Of a stretch of DNA of 64,000 bases, positions 37,195 to 50,010 are shown piece by piece. The translations under genes and the position numbers were made by a program. Source of the DNA: Camelus ferus (lineage: Eukaryota). The stretch lies in NCBI RefSeq assembly GCF_009834535.1, contig NC_045697.1, positions 78,370,001-78,434,000 on the forward strand, given 5' to 3'. The stretch's first letter is position 1. Every line of letters starts with the position of its first letter. Under the pieces are notes generated by a model. The model was not told where the DNA came from. It saw nothing but the letters and a program-made list of their open reading frames with translations, and searched no databases.

Positions 37195-38922
37195 GCTGCC
37201 CACTTTTGAGGTTATTTTCTCAACTTGGCTTTGAAAATATGTCTGATTATTTGGCTTGTTATGGTCATCCAGTTGCTGGATTGTTGCTTCTTGCAATCGA
37301 TTTATTTTCTCTAGCTCCAGTCCAGAAGCATTTTTTTTTAATAAGAAATAAGAGTTCTCTGCTGAGAGCTTGCCATTCCTCTTGCATTTTGCAGTCAATG
37401 TCCTAGCACACAGTTTGGTACTGAATATAGCTTAAATGTGATATCAATCAGACTCCTGGGGATGTAGGTCCTAACTGTAGCAGTCAGAAACTCTTGCTAA
37501 TAGTAGATGGTTTTATTGGCCTTGAGGACTTTGCTGCCTCCGTATGCATTTAATATTATACATAATATTATATAATATTCAAATTGTAAGATAACCTATT
37601 CAAAGCTTCCCCTCAACTTCTTGTTCTCTAATTTTTGGTGAACTGGGGGGATTAGGATTTGAACTCCAGTGTGTCTGACTCCAGTGCCTTCCTCGCCTCT
37701 TCCCTTGATTGTTGGGATATCATGTCCTTTTATTTATTTATTTATTTTTTTGCATTATTATTGGATCACCTAACTCTCCTCCTTGTCTGCTTTACCAGTA
37801 ATAGAAAACTCTATTCACCAACGTTAACCTTTCTGTGTGTATTTTGGTGCCAGATCTTGCATTTCTTCCAGGTGTGGGACTGCATCTTCTATTATCACTG
37901 CAATAACGACTACTACCATTCCAGCTTAAGTATTAAACAGATTTTAAATGGCTGCGTGATTCTATGGTTGGCTAATATTTGTCAGCTATTAGAGTGAATC
38001 AACTATATTTTATAACTATTTCAATTTATATAAATTGAACACATATGAAAAATATGAATATTTATATAACTATATATTTACATAGATATATATTTTTTGC
38101 CTCACCTGTTCAGTGTTCAATTTCTTCTTGCGAGATTAATTGCATCGATCTTGTTGGTGAGAATCTTTTTGGAACATATTCATCTACATTATTGTTATTG
38201 TCTAAATACTCCATAAAAATATTGAATGGCATTAAGTCAGCATAGTACAGCTGTAAGTCACATTTGCTTTCTGGATATAGAGATATCAATTTATTCACCA
38301 GTATATTTTTAGTAAAGGTATTCAGGCAGTTAGTCTTCCTCTTGAACCAGCTATATTTTTTTCCTTCTTTACAAAAGAACTTTACAATATTTGGATGTTA
38401 GTTGCCTCTAATGAGAGGAATTTTATAGGGTTCCATTTTCGTTTGAGAGAGGGATCAGCACAGAGATGACCATATTGCTGATCCCTCTGACCCTTTGGTT
38501 TAGTAGCTGATTTCTGCTTCATTCCCGTGACCAAGCCCAGACCTTAAATCCGTTTCACTTGTTTCCGTATCTCATTCTCCCATGTTCAAGTCTCTGCCCT
38601 GGAACTTGCTCTAAACCTCAACCTGGCTGATTTTATAATTTCTCTGGGATAGTTTCGTGTCCTCACAGTTCCTCTCTGAACCTGAAATTCTGTTCTTGAA
38701 TCCCTAACCAGAAACAGTGGCCACATATATCCCCAAAGTTCGTGAATTTTAACCACCTATTAGCCTCATTTGGCTTTATTACTGGACAAGTCACATAGTA
38801 TCATCACTGTAGTTTTCTAGCTATTATTTCAACCTCCAGAGATCAGGGACACTCTACGTATGAAATTTCTGTAACTTAGGGGCTGCAAATGTTCTATTCC
38901 TACTGTATCTGCTGCCTTTCTT

Positions 38923-39108
38923 CTTTTATTGAAGTATAGTTGATTTATAATATTGTTGTTAGTTTCAGTTGTACAGCAAAGTTATTCAGTAACACACACA
39001 TACATATATGTATATATTTGCATTCTTTTAAAATTATTCTCCATTATAAGTTATTGTAAGACATTGCATATAGTTCCCTGTGCTATAGAGCAAATCCTTG
39101 TTATTTAT
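38923..39108 (-). mobile_element. L1 3' UTR-only fragment
   Basis: tattgaagtatagttgatttataat...atagttccctgtgctata; TSD ctgtatctgctgcctttctt (38903-38922) / ctgtctttgctgcctttctt (39109-39128). Confidence 0.92.
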
Positions 39109-41079
39109 CTGTCTTTGCTGCCTTTCTTGATCTCCACACTATTATACCAATTGCTGCCGCTTTGGTATTTCCTGGATCACTGCTACCTCTCACTTATACC
39201 ACATCTTCACTTCTTACAAGTTGCAGCATCAGTCTCAAGCACGTGATTCACAATAGTGGGTACGCCTACTTTCCAGCTTCTTAGTTTCAGCCTCTCCTGA
39301 CTAGTCTCTTCACTGCATTGCCTACTAAACTCAAAGCTCCTATTCTGACATATTAATATTATTATTCATTAACATCTTTGACATTTTGAATAAGGAACTA
39401 TTTTAAACATCTTTTTTATTTTAACATCTTTGTATCTTGAATAAGGCAAGGTGCTGTTCTAAACACATGTACTACAGCTATAAAAACTGCCCAACCAACG
39501 CTAAAATATTAGGGTCATCCTAATTCTAATGAACCTGATTAAAGTAATTTTGATATAAATTTTACTTGATCTGAATAATTATAGTCACATTATTTTACCA
39601 GGCAACACCTACACAGTGGGAAACCCAGAAACTACTCAGTTTATCATAGGCTTTATTATGGCAATTACATTTCCTCTTCAAAGACTCTGACAGAAAGGAT
39701 TTGCTCTAAATGGTGCAAAAGAAGACAAAATGAGTATCTTTATGTACTTGTTTCCACAGGCTTCTTTTGTCCCCATACCTATTGCTAAGTCTAAACTTGT
39801 GAGGGAGTTCTCACATTGTCTCGCACATAAGACAACCATACAAACATTTCTAGAAAATATTTCGGAGTTAAGGACACTCATCATGATTGCTTTGAGATCA
39901 CCTTTTGTGAATTCCTAACTGGAGTAGGACATTCCTTATAATCCAGCTGCGTGTCTAGTCTTTTAGACTAAAAATTAAAAATACCAGGTAGTTGAATATA
40001 CTCATTGAAGGACCCTAAGAAAATGTCATGATTACTGAGTTCCGTCTGCCGCATTGAATTCTGCCAACAACGGCAACATCACTGAAGCATCATGAAGTAA
40101 GCAAGACTAATTATCAAAATGAATTCTCAATCAGATGGATATATTCACTTTTGTTTTCAAGGAAATTTACAGTAAGGAAGATTGATTAAAAGAGAGATTT
40201 TATAATTCCAAGGACATGTTTATCATATACTGCAAATATTACAGCAGAAGGGATTGACATCATGATAGGTTTGCCTCAAATCCATTATGTTTCAGTTAAT
40301 AGATACCAATCATGATAGAAATTTGAAACCCTAAAGTAGTATATTAAGTTGTTCACTTGATTTGTAACTGGAATTCACTGTTCTGAACTTGTAATGATAG
40401 TTATTATTTTATTTCCAGCATTGATGAGGCTCCCAGAATAGCTGAAATAATTCTGAGAGAAGCACAAACTGGATAATAATAGTAATGTGATGAGATGTCA
40501 GCCTTTCTTTTGCACTACTAAATCCTTAAAGTAATAATTTACTTAATCATTTCACTTCTAGTCTGGCTGACACACATTTATATTCAAGTTATGATGAGTT
40601 GTAGACTGCTCTGGCAATTTGTATGAGGAGGGCCTTGGTGACAAGAATATGTAAGCAGAAATTCTTATCTGCCAGTCCAATTCATGCCACATCAGAAATG
40701 TGAAAGAATTGACAACATGTAAATGTTTCATTGATAGTACATAAGGTTAAGTAGTGAATTTTTTACTCAAATATTTAAAGTATATGTGCCTGTAATTAGA
40801 TATCAGTATTAGCAAAGGCTTGGAATGTTTGCATGTTTACAGCTCCTAGAATAAAAGATAAATGCAAATCTAGTTGTATAATCAATAGATTGTCTTGTTT
40901 TCATTTCTGGATAAAATATAGTTGGTGAAAAATTATCAGCTGCTCTTGGTAGAATAGTTTGACTTCCATTTGAAAGCATGAATTTCTTCCTTAGTATTTC
41001 TTTTACTTTGAACTTTTAAACAATACATACTAACGATCTTTCCATCTCAGTGTTTATAAAGTGACGTTTTAAAAATAAG

Positions 41080-41600
41080 GGCAAAGTATTCTGCTGTACA
41101 GATGCACAACCATATATTTTAACCTGTATTAAATAGGTTCCTGTATTAACACCACTTAGGTTGTTTCCAATTTTTAGCCATAAGAAGTAATGCTTTAATG
41201 AATAACTGATACATATATTGTTTTCTCATGTGCAAGTATTTTCTCTCAAAATATTTCTAGAAGTGAGATAGTTAAATCAAAGAGTAAGTGCAATTGTTAT
41301 AAATATTTCCCAATTGATCTCCTGAGATTTTTCCCCTCATTTCACACTCCTTCCAGAAGTGTATGAGTCACGTATGAAAGTCTCACCAAGAATGTCTATC
41401 TAACTTTTAGACTTTCGTCCATCTGATAAGCAAAAACGGTATCTTAATGTTGTATAGTTTTCAATCGGAATTTCTCTTATGAGTCATGAGGTTAAACCCC
41501 CTTTCATATGTTTGCAAGGAATTTGTACTTCTTTTTCAATATCAATCCTCTTTCTCTCTTGCCACACTTGTCACATTTTAAATGTATCCTTTTGATATTT
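41080..41600 (-). mobile_element. Ancient L1ME 3' region
   Basis: cacttaggttgtttccaatttttagc, tttctagaagtgagatagttaaatcaaagag, cacactccttccagaagtgtatgag. Confidence 0.7.
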
Positions 41601-42129
41601 TCTAATTACAAAGTCTATGGCCAATTTTCTAGTTGTCCATTTAGACCCTCCACTTTTAAAAGACTGGGTTTGACGCTGATTTTGACAATGCCTCTCTATG
41701 CTGGCAACATGTCTTAGGGGACCTTATGTACCGCTTCCCCTCTCAACACTCTCCCCATGAACTCTTGATCATCTCCTCTGCTCTGCTCTGTGATGCCCTG
41801 AGCACAGGTGAGAGAACAGAGGTAAGATTAGAGCTGGGGGAGGTGGGAGTGGGGCTTGCTCAAGCAGAACATTTCAGATCTATGAAAGAAAGACTTACTA
41901 ATCTTATCAGTAGACTAATATGAAGGTCTCTTTGGAGTCTCAAAATAAATTATTTAATTGAAAGTGATCTGTCTGAATCATAGGATCAGACACAAAAGCT
42001 AGAAGAGTCTGAGTCCTATTCACAATGATTTTGAAGCTTAGTTTTGCTTAGTCATAATAACATATTTAAAACGATGATATTATTTGATTCCTATTCAAGT
42101 ATTTTAGCACCCCTATTCATGTCTAATGG

Positions 42130-42345
42130 TAAATATCTAGGTTCTAATTTCAGCTTTACTCTTTCCTTGTAGTGATCTTGGGCTTCTTACTTAAGTTATG
42201 TCAGCCTTAGTGTTCACAAGCAGTAAAATGGGACTATTAAAAGACATAGTCACATAAGATTGTTGATTATTAAATTAAATAATGTATGTAAATTGCTTAG
42301 GATAATGCCTGTCATACGCTAAGCAAGTACTGGGTAATAAATGAT
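42130..42345 (+). mobile_element. MIR SINE
   Basis: gtgatcttgggcttcttactta, gtaaaatgggactattaa, attaaataatgtatgtaaattgcttaggataatgcctg. Confidence 0.75.
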
Positions 42346-43523
42346 AAACAGTATCAGTAGTAACTAAATAATATATCACATAGTTGATTAATGATATTAA
42401 TCAGTGAACAGGGTTAAACACTTGTAAAAAAGTGAGATTTAGAAGCTTACCATATTTTTAACATTCAGCCTTCAGGTTGTTAAAGTTAATAATTAATTAA
42501 ATTGTGTGATACTGAATCAAAGTTGAATCAAAATTATCAGCTAACTCACTTTCATTATTGGAAGAAAGGTACTAGATCTTCAAGAATTCAATTAATTAAT
42601 CATATAACATAAGTTTTTTTCCAATTTTAATACATGTTTAAGAAATGTTATTTCCTTGAAAAAATATTCATGGCATCACCTGATGACTTTTAAAGTTTCA
42701 TTCATTTAAAAATTAGAAATGTAACAAAATTTTTTGTCCCTGGTTCATAAAAATACTTTTTATATCACAGCCAATTACATACATACAGATTCACACACAC
42801 AGACATAGCAGAAAGAAAGATTTCATGAAACAAAGTGTAGCTTTCTATGTGCATTATGCTCTGATCTATTCTCTTCACTTTCAACCCATTTTATTTCATG
42901 TTTTCGTGAAACTGGTTTCATGACCAACGATGGTCATGGAGACCATGCTAACTAAACGGATTTCACAAACTAGTAATGGTTTAAGACCTGCTGTTTGAAA
43001 AACACTGCTTTAATGTGCATCCAAGAGTATGTTAATAGTTATAATAATAAATAATTTCTATTTTAAATTAAATTTGAAAAACTCTGTCTTTAATAAAGTT
43101 AAGTAGGTTTCTCTAGTGACTTTTCAGAGTTAATATCCCAGTTATTACTTTCCAAGAATAGAGCTGACACAAAGTGCAGCATTTTCTAATTGGATGTGAG
43201 GCTGTGGCGTGGAACAGACCATCTTTTACTCTTCCTGCCTTCCTTTTCTCTTGTCTTCCTGTTTTCTTTCTTCTTTTCTGACTTTTTTTTACTTCCAGCA
43301 ACAACCTTGATGCAGTAGTTTGAAGGAAATACATTGCACGTATTTTCACAATTAAAAACAAACAAACAAACAAAAACTCCTGTCACTTTTGGCTAAAACA
43401 GATTTCATTTTTTACATTTTTTTATTTGCCCAAATCACATATTTCCACTTGTGAAGTTTGAATTGGTCAAAAAAATTGCTCCAACTCCCTGAAAGCATCA
43501 ACTCTTTCATCCCGTTAGTTTTT

Positions 43524-43565
43524 CTCATCTAGCACACTTTTTTTTTTCCTTTTTCTCAGGTAAGA
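43524..43565 (+). other. Candidate recursive splice site (3' splice site directly followed by a 5' splice site)
   Basis: Branch-like ctcAt (A at 43527), 21-nt pure pyrimidine tract 43537-43557, AG at 43558-43559, then GTAAGA at 43560-43565. Confidence 0.35.
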
Positions 43566-43843
43566 TAGTCATAAATTGCACATTCTGTGTGTGCTCACAT
43601 TATAAAATCACATCTAGGTTATAAATAAAAATTTACTGTTAAAACTGTTTAGTCTGTTTAGATGCCAGCCATATTTACTGAGCCCATTTGTTGGTATTCT
43701 AAAGATCAGAGAAACACATATGTTGTTTTCAATCAATAAATAATTACTATTTATTTGTACAGCATCAGAAAATTGGGAAGTAAAAGATCAGAGATAAAAT
43801 TTATTGAGTGACTGCTGTCTACCAAAGTCCTTTTCTTCACCAG

Positions 43844-44249
43844 TGTTATGTCAGTTAATTTTGCTACATAAAAAAAAAAAAAAAAGTAAAGACTGATAAT
43901 TTAAAACAGCCATGATTCTTTATTTTCCACATTTCTGCAGGTTGGCTGGGCTTCCTGGATAGTTCTTCCGTTGGTCTTGCCCACAGTCCTGTGACAGCAC
44001 TCACTGGCCACTCAGCTGTGGCTCGTGTGTCTGCGGCGGCCTCACTGCACAGCTGAGGCCTTGGTGTTGCCTCTTGGCTGTGTCCCTTTCTCCACGTTGT
44101 CTCATAATTCAAGACCTCTGTCTAGAATTCCCAATTCTGCCTCGTTCTGTTGCTCAAAGCAAGTCACAAGGTCAGCCCAGGCAGAAGGATTCTACCTCTA
44201 GATAAGAGGAATTAAAAACTATTGTGGCTATGTTTTCTAACACACCACA
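43844..44249 (-). mobile_element. MLT1 (MaLR, old J/K-like) solo LTR
   Basis: atttaaaacagccatgattctttatt, ggttggctgggcttcctggatagttcttc, caaagcaagtcacaaggtcagcccag, attctacctctagataagagga; ends caccaca. Confidence 0.75.
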
Positions 44250-44748
44250 TATGATTATCTGATAAAATCCTTAAAAGAATGTTGTAATATGGGTAGAAAA
44301 ATGAAGGGTTGTTTTAAAGCAGAAATCTCAAAGGGAATTGGAGCAAAAAGCACCTATTTCTGATGAGAAAGAACTGGTACCTGATAAAGTACATAATATG
44401 GAGTAACCAATTGACCTTATTCTATGCTAAATTTTACTCTTAATTCTGTCAGTTTTTAAAAGTTGTTTAAGAAGAGTTATGATTCATTTCTCCTTTTGTG
44501 GGAGTAGTGTGATATAGTAGAAAAGTCATAAGATTTAGAATTATAGAATCTAGATTTGTGTGCTCACTCCTCCTATGACCAGTTATGTGGCCCAAAGCTA
44601 GCATACACAATCAAATTTTCTTTAGAATAACTCAAGTAAAGACTGAATAAAATGATTTTGGAATAGTATCAGCAGCATGTGATAAATAATAATCATTTCT
44701 CTTATCTGCTCTACCACTCTGGACTATGTGGATTTTAAAAACTTCATT

Positions 44749-44854
44749 CATTCATTCATTCAATTCACTTTTTAATGGAGATACTGGAGATTGAACTCAG
44801 GCCCCCAAGCATGCTAAACATATGCTTTACCACTGAGCTATTTCCCCCTTCCCT
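44749..44854 (-). mobile_element. tRNA-Ala-derived SINE (vic-1 type) with (TGAA)n tail
   Basis: Minus strand atagctcagtggtaaagcatatgtttagcatgc...ctgagttcaatctccagtatctccattaaaaa; TSD acttcatt 44741-44748 / 44858-44865. Confidence 0.88.
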
Positions 44855-47678
44855 CAGACTTCATTAATACCTGTTTAAACAAAGCAAACCAAAACTCTAG
44901 ACTCCATATTGCTTTCTCCCTAGACTTTTGCACTGGCTGACTTAAAATACAACATAAGTAAAGAAGGAAATGTGACACATTTTTTTCCTTCAATTTAAAA
45001 TGTGATAGTAGATAGAAGGGAAAGAGAAAGATGTTCAACTTTCATTTTCCAAATGAGCAGAAGACACCATTAAAAAAATATCAACAAGTCATAAATGATT
45101 TTTGAGTGTGTGTGTCTATGTGTGTTGGGAAATGGTAATTATACTTTGAATTATACATACTTTGGACAATAGAGATCTTAAATATCTTAAAAATCCAACA
45201 AAACACAATTTAGTTTGAATGATAACAACTAGCCTTTGGAGTACCTCTAGAGGAAGCCTAGGGTACCCCAAACTTCGGAATCATTGGTCATGAGTTCATA
45301 CCACGAGCACTCCTATCGAAAGAAATGGTGAGAAGATATTGGGACTTAAAGTTAATTTGATTTTTCTAATCAAAAAACAAAATGAAATATAAGATACCCA
45401 ACTTTGAGGTAAAGGAAGAAGAAAGGCTTCAGGTAGACACCAAGATGCCTCTGAAGGAGAAGACAGTGAAGGCACTTGCCTGGTCTCCCTTCTGAGGTGC
45501 TGATGCAGTATCTTTGTAAAGGAAGCCTTTTATGTTTGATGGTCTTGTCTATTTCTGTCCACTGCTCTTCCTGGGTTGTGGTGGTGGCATGACTCCAGTG
45601 ACTGCTGGATACCATGACTGGGACAGTACCAGGTTGGTTAACTAATTTTTGCCAGGACCATTATTGCTCAAGAAAATGAATTCAACAACCATTTGAGGGG
45701 GGAAAAAAAGTCACAGAGGGGAACTAACAATGAAAGAAACACCGGCTCAAGAGACTGTCTGAAGTTATAGGAAGGCTGATGAGACACCCAGGACGTCTTA
45801 CAGAGGTCAGGCCTAGAAAGAAGGAAAAACTTTGCTCTGGTCACCTTGATTTATGATTGCCCCTACTCCCTTTCCCGACCTTGCCCCTAACATGCTCAGT
45901 CAATATGGACGGGGCAAGCCAGGATTACACTTTTTTTCCGATATCTCAGAACATCTCTCATAAAATATTTTTAACTGTCCTAAATTCAAAGACGTACTAA
46001 TTATTTAAAAATTACTAGGGATTCAAAAGGGACCCTCATTCCATGTGAGGCAATGAAAGTCATCTGATATTTAAAAGCGCGGAGAAGAGCTGTAGGATCT
46101 GTTAAATAGCCACTTCCTACATCCTGACAATAGCCACAGGCACAAAATATGACAGCCTCGCCGACAGTTTTTACTCTTGACTCTTACAGACATATGGTTT
46201 GCATTATGTGCAGATAAATATATGGATGATCTTTTATTAAATTTGTTTTTGTCCTTTTTTGCAGTTTCAGTCCTCTTTTGGAATACACATCTGTATGCGG
46301 TGTGCCCAGTAATATAGAGAGTCATACTTTCCATGTTTCTTTGCCATTGCGTGATGAAGCGCTCTATTTATATTAAAATGAAGGTGTTCCTAGGGGAGAC
46401 ATAGAACAGAATGAAACAACAAACAGAGCTTTAGAGACTGAATACGTGAAGTGACACTGACGGCAAGATGGTAGCTCTTGTTACCGAGATGCCCAGAGGG
46501 ATTGCAGCAAGACTTACAGCGTGAGCCACTGTGGCTTGGACTGGGCGGCTCTCAGAGGTTTGAACACTCACAATACAGCTGCTAATCAAATAATTTCTCC
46601 CTTGCACATCCTGACTTGTATGTCGTTGTAATACTACGTTGTTGGCTGAGGGTCAGGGGATTTTTTTTTTCTCCTGTTACTCAAATAAAGCATTTTATCA
46701 GAGAATTATATATCTTCAGGTAATTGAACTCATAGCAATGTTGTAATTGCAATGATCTGTTTACTCCAGGTAATGAGGGGGTAAGTCATGAAAATCATAG
46801 TAACTTTAAAGTGATACGATACCCAGACTTGAAAAGAAAGAAAAGAGGCAAAAAGGAATCGAAGTACTTAAGTTCTCTCCTTGAAGACCAGTTTTCATGG
46901 TTATGGAATGGAGGTGACAGGAGGAGATGAGCACAGGGTATCCTTGGAGTCACTGAAGTCCTGCAATCATGTGTCCACAGACAGAGAGCAGCCAATCAAT
47001 GAAGAGAAGAAAGACGAGTTTTCTCTTTCGCTTTCCTCTTCAGGTATATAATTTTGTGAAAGTGGCTTTACCTTTTTCGATGCAGGTTTATTATGTATTA
47101 AATACCATATTGGATTAAGTAATCTCTAAGTTTCTTTCCAGACCTAAAACCTATTATTCTTAATAGAATTTCAGACTGAGCAAAAATTCAAAATACTGTT
47201 GATTAGAAGAGCTCAAAATTGATCATTGTCTGTGTGCTTTATTTAGATTACGTGGAAGTTAAGCATCATCATATAAGCAAAAACACATGCCCAAGCTAGT
47301 ATCTTTGTGGTCTCAGTTGTCTATGTATTTAGACATGCTTTCTCTCAGAATTTTGGGACTGACAGGGTTCTCCATAAATTAATACTTGAGTACAGAAGAA
47401 TTGGCTTTTAACCTAGGTGTAGGTTTTTCTCTGGTCTTTTATTTTTAATAAGCGATGGAAAACCCCAACAAAACAACTGTTGGTTAAAATGTGTAGGTCC
47501 ATATTTAACCATGAATATAAATAACCTGAATTCTGAATGCTTGCCAAAAAGTAATTTCAAACTCATTGCTTCCCAGTTTCTATCAAAACATCTGCAGACA
47601 GAAACAATATATCGAAAGGATTGTTTAAGAGATGAAATCCATCTATTTTTCCACACTTTAAAATCTACCAATGGCTTG

Positions 47679-47810
47679 AGGGAGTAGAGCTCGGTGTTAG
47701 AGTGCGAGCTTAGCGTGCACGAGGTCCTGGGTTCAATCCCCAGTCCCTCCATTAAAAAAAAAAATTAAAAATAAACAAATAAACCGAATCACCCCCCCCC
47801 CCCCCGCCCC
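47679..47810 (+). mobile_element. tRNA-Ala-derived SINE (vic-1 type) with A-rich then C-rich tail
   Basis: tagagctcggtgttagagtgcgagcttagcgtgcacgaggtcctgggttcaatccccagtccctcca (A box and B box); TSD aaatctaccaatggcttg (47661-47678) / aaacctacccatgctttg (47811-47828). Confidence 0.92.
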
Positions 47811-48869
47811 AAACCTACCCATGCTTTGGACAGTTGCATACCTGGATGGTACTGTATTGACCCCTATAGAACTGCCTTTGCTGAAATGTTGTTTTAGAGT
47901 GATGCCCACAGACTATGAAACTTGTCATTGTGTCTACTCTGAAAGTGCAGTTGAGGGTATAAGCCAGTATATTACATGGTGCTGGTTTTATGAGGGCCAT
48001 GGGGAGAGATTTCTGTCGGATATTAGTAACAGCAATAATTTTGCTTCTCCTAACAACTGTTCTGATTTTTATCTTATATTTCTTGTAAATTGTGTAACTG
48101 ATCAGGATTCTATTTTCCCACTGACTGTCAGAAAGCCTGGGCCAGATTTGCAGGCCTCCAGCAGTAAGCCTTTATGATATGAATTTTTTTAGGGGTCTCA
48201 TTCCTGGCTCCATTTTATGACCCTGCCAATATTTTTCTTCTATTTATTTCCCCTGCTTTTAATTCAAGTTATTCCTTTATTTTATGCTTTCCTTTTAATC
48301 TGACAAAAACATATCTGCAACTAGGTGAGATACATAAATATATATATGTTTATTTATATATTGTTTGTTTTCTTCCTTGCTTTAAAATGGATTTTAAGGA
48401 GTTAAATAAAATATATGTAATAATATCTAAAATATGAGCCAGTTAACTAGTAAACAGGGTGGAAATTGAGGTACATCTACTTAAAAGCAAAGATTAGATG
48501 AGAACGATTACTCCATTGGCTCCTATAGCCTCCGGGTGAGTGACTTTCTCCCATGCAGGAACTCTTTCAATTACACACGGCCTAATCGTTGTCTGTTTTT
48601 TCATTACATTCCTTGAGCTGTTACTGACCACCATGGAAACTCTGAAAGTCACCTCTTACTGTTTTCTTCTGGTCTTAATAGTACATTCGTATCTCTACGC
48701 TCTTCATGAAAACTGTATGGTGGCAGAAACTTTCTCACCCTCTTTTGAAAGATTTCCAGCCTTTTCTATAAGCTGTCATTTATTAAGCACGTTCCACTTC
48801 TGGAAATACTTATTCTATTTCAGAATGATTTCTTCTTCTTAGAGTGGAAATAATATTACCAAAGTGGCA

Positions 48870-49050
48870 TTTTTGGAGGCAACATAGAATTTCAGTGAAT
48901 CACAGTACAGGGTCTGTCTCTACTCCTTTCTAGCTACATGGCTTTGTAAAATTGATTACTTTTTCTGGGGCGAACTTCCTCATCTGTAAAAGAGTTAAAG
49001 ATAGTTCCTACATATAAATTTACCGTGAGGATTAAATGAGTTAATAGGTG
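48870..49050 (+). mobile_element. MIR SINE
   Basis: cttcctcatctgtaaaag, gtgaggattaaatgagttaata. Confidence 0.75.
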
Positions 49051-49084
49051 CAAGTGTTGGGGCATTTTCCAAGAAAAAGAAGGT

Positions 49085-49255
49085 AGAAGCTTCAAGATCT
49101 CTTGAGGTTTAGGCTCTGGAACTCAGACAGTGTTATTTCTGCTGCAGCCTATCGGGAAGCACTTCATAAGGCCAACCCTCATTCAAGCTGTAGGGAAGTT
49201 AACTCTATTTCTTGTCAGGAGATGCTGCAAAGAATTTGTGGGCCTATTCAATGTA
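49085..49255 (-). mobile_element. Old MLT1 LTR fragment
   Basis: tcttgaggtttaggctctggaactc, cataaggccaaccctcattcaag, gctgcaaagaatttgtggg; similar to 44110-44235. Confidence 0.6.
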
Positions 49256-49532
49256 GCAGCGTAACATTGCTCACTGAAATGAGAGGACTGTGTCCTAACC
49301 AAGTATGTGATGGGTCTTTAAAATCTTGCTTTCCCCATGAGGATAGCTGCTCTACAAAGGGTTGTTGCATCTGCTCCTCCTGGTCCAGACTTTGAAATCT
49401 TACTTCCACCACCACGTGTTGAACCTCGTCTTTCATCTCTTTGCCCAAGATTCCTGCCATCTTTTACATTGTCCTTCTCTATGTAATCATTTCTCAGGAA
49501 GATCTGAATGTTCTGTCTGATTCCACTGACAG

Positions 49533-50010
49533 GGGTATGGGTGTAATTGTTTCTCCTTATGACGATGTGCTGAAGTCCTAAACTCCAGTACCTCAGGATG
49601 GGACCTTATTTGGAAAGAGTGTATTTACAGAGGCAGTCAAATTAAAAGGAGGTCTTTGTGAGCCCTAAACTAATATGACTGGTGTCCTTATTTTTTTAAA
49701 AAAGGGAAATTTGGACAAAGAGACACACAGAGGGAAGATAACGTGAAGAGACCCAGGAAGAGCACCGTGCAGAGACCAAGGATTGTGATGATGCATCTGT
49801 AAGCTGTGGAAAGTCATGCCAAAGCCATGCCAAGGACACCTGTAAACCACCAGAGACAAGGAAGAACTTTCCTGCCAGTTTCAGAAGGAGCATGGTCCTG
49901 CCAACACCTTGATATTGAACTCCTAGTGTCCAGAGCTATAAGACAGTTCTGTTGTTTTAAGCTACCCAGTTTGCAGGACTTTGTTACGGCAGCCCTGGCA
50001 AACCAGTATA
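49533..50010 (+). mobile_element. MLT1C-like (MaLR) solo LTR, full length
   Basis: gaagtcctaaactccagtacctcagga, gaccttatttggaaa, gactggtgtccttat, ttttaagctacccagtttg...tgttacggcagccctggcaaac; perfect 5-bp TSD GACAG at 49528-49532 / 50011-50015. Confidence 0.93.
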
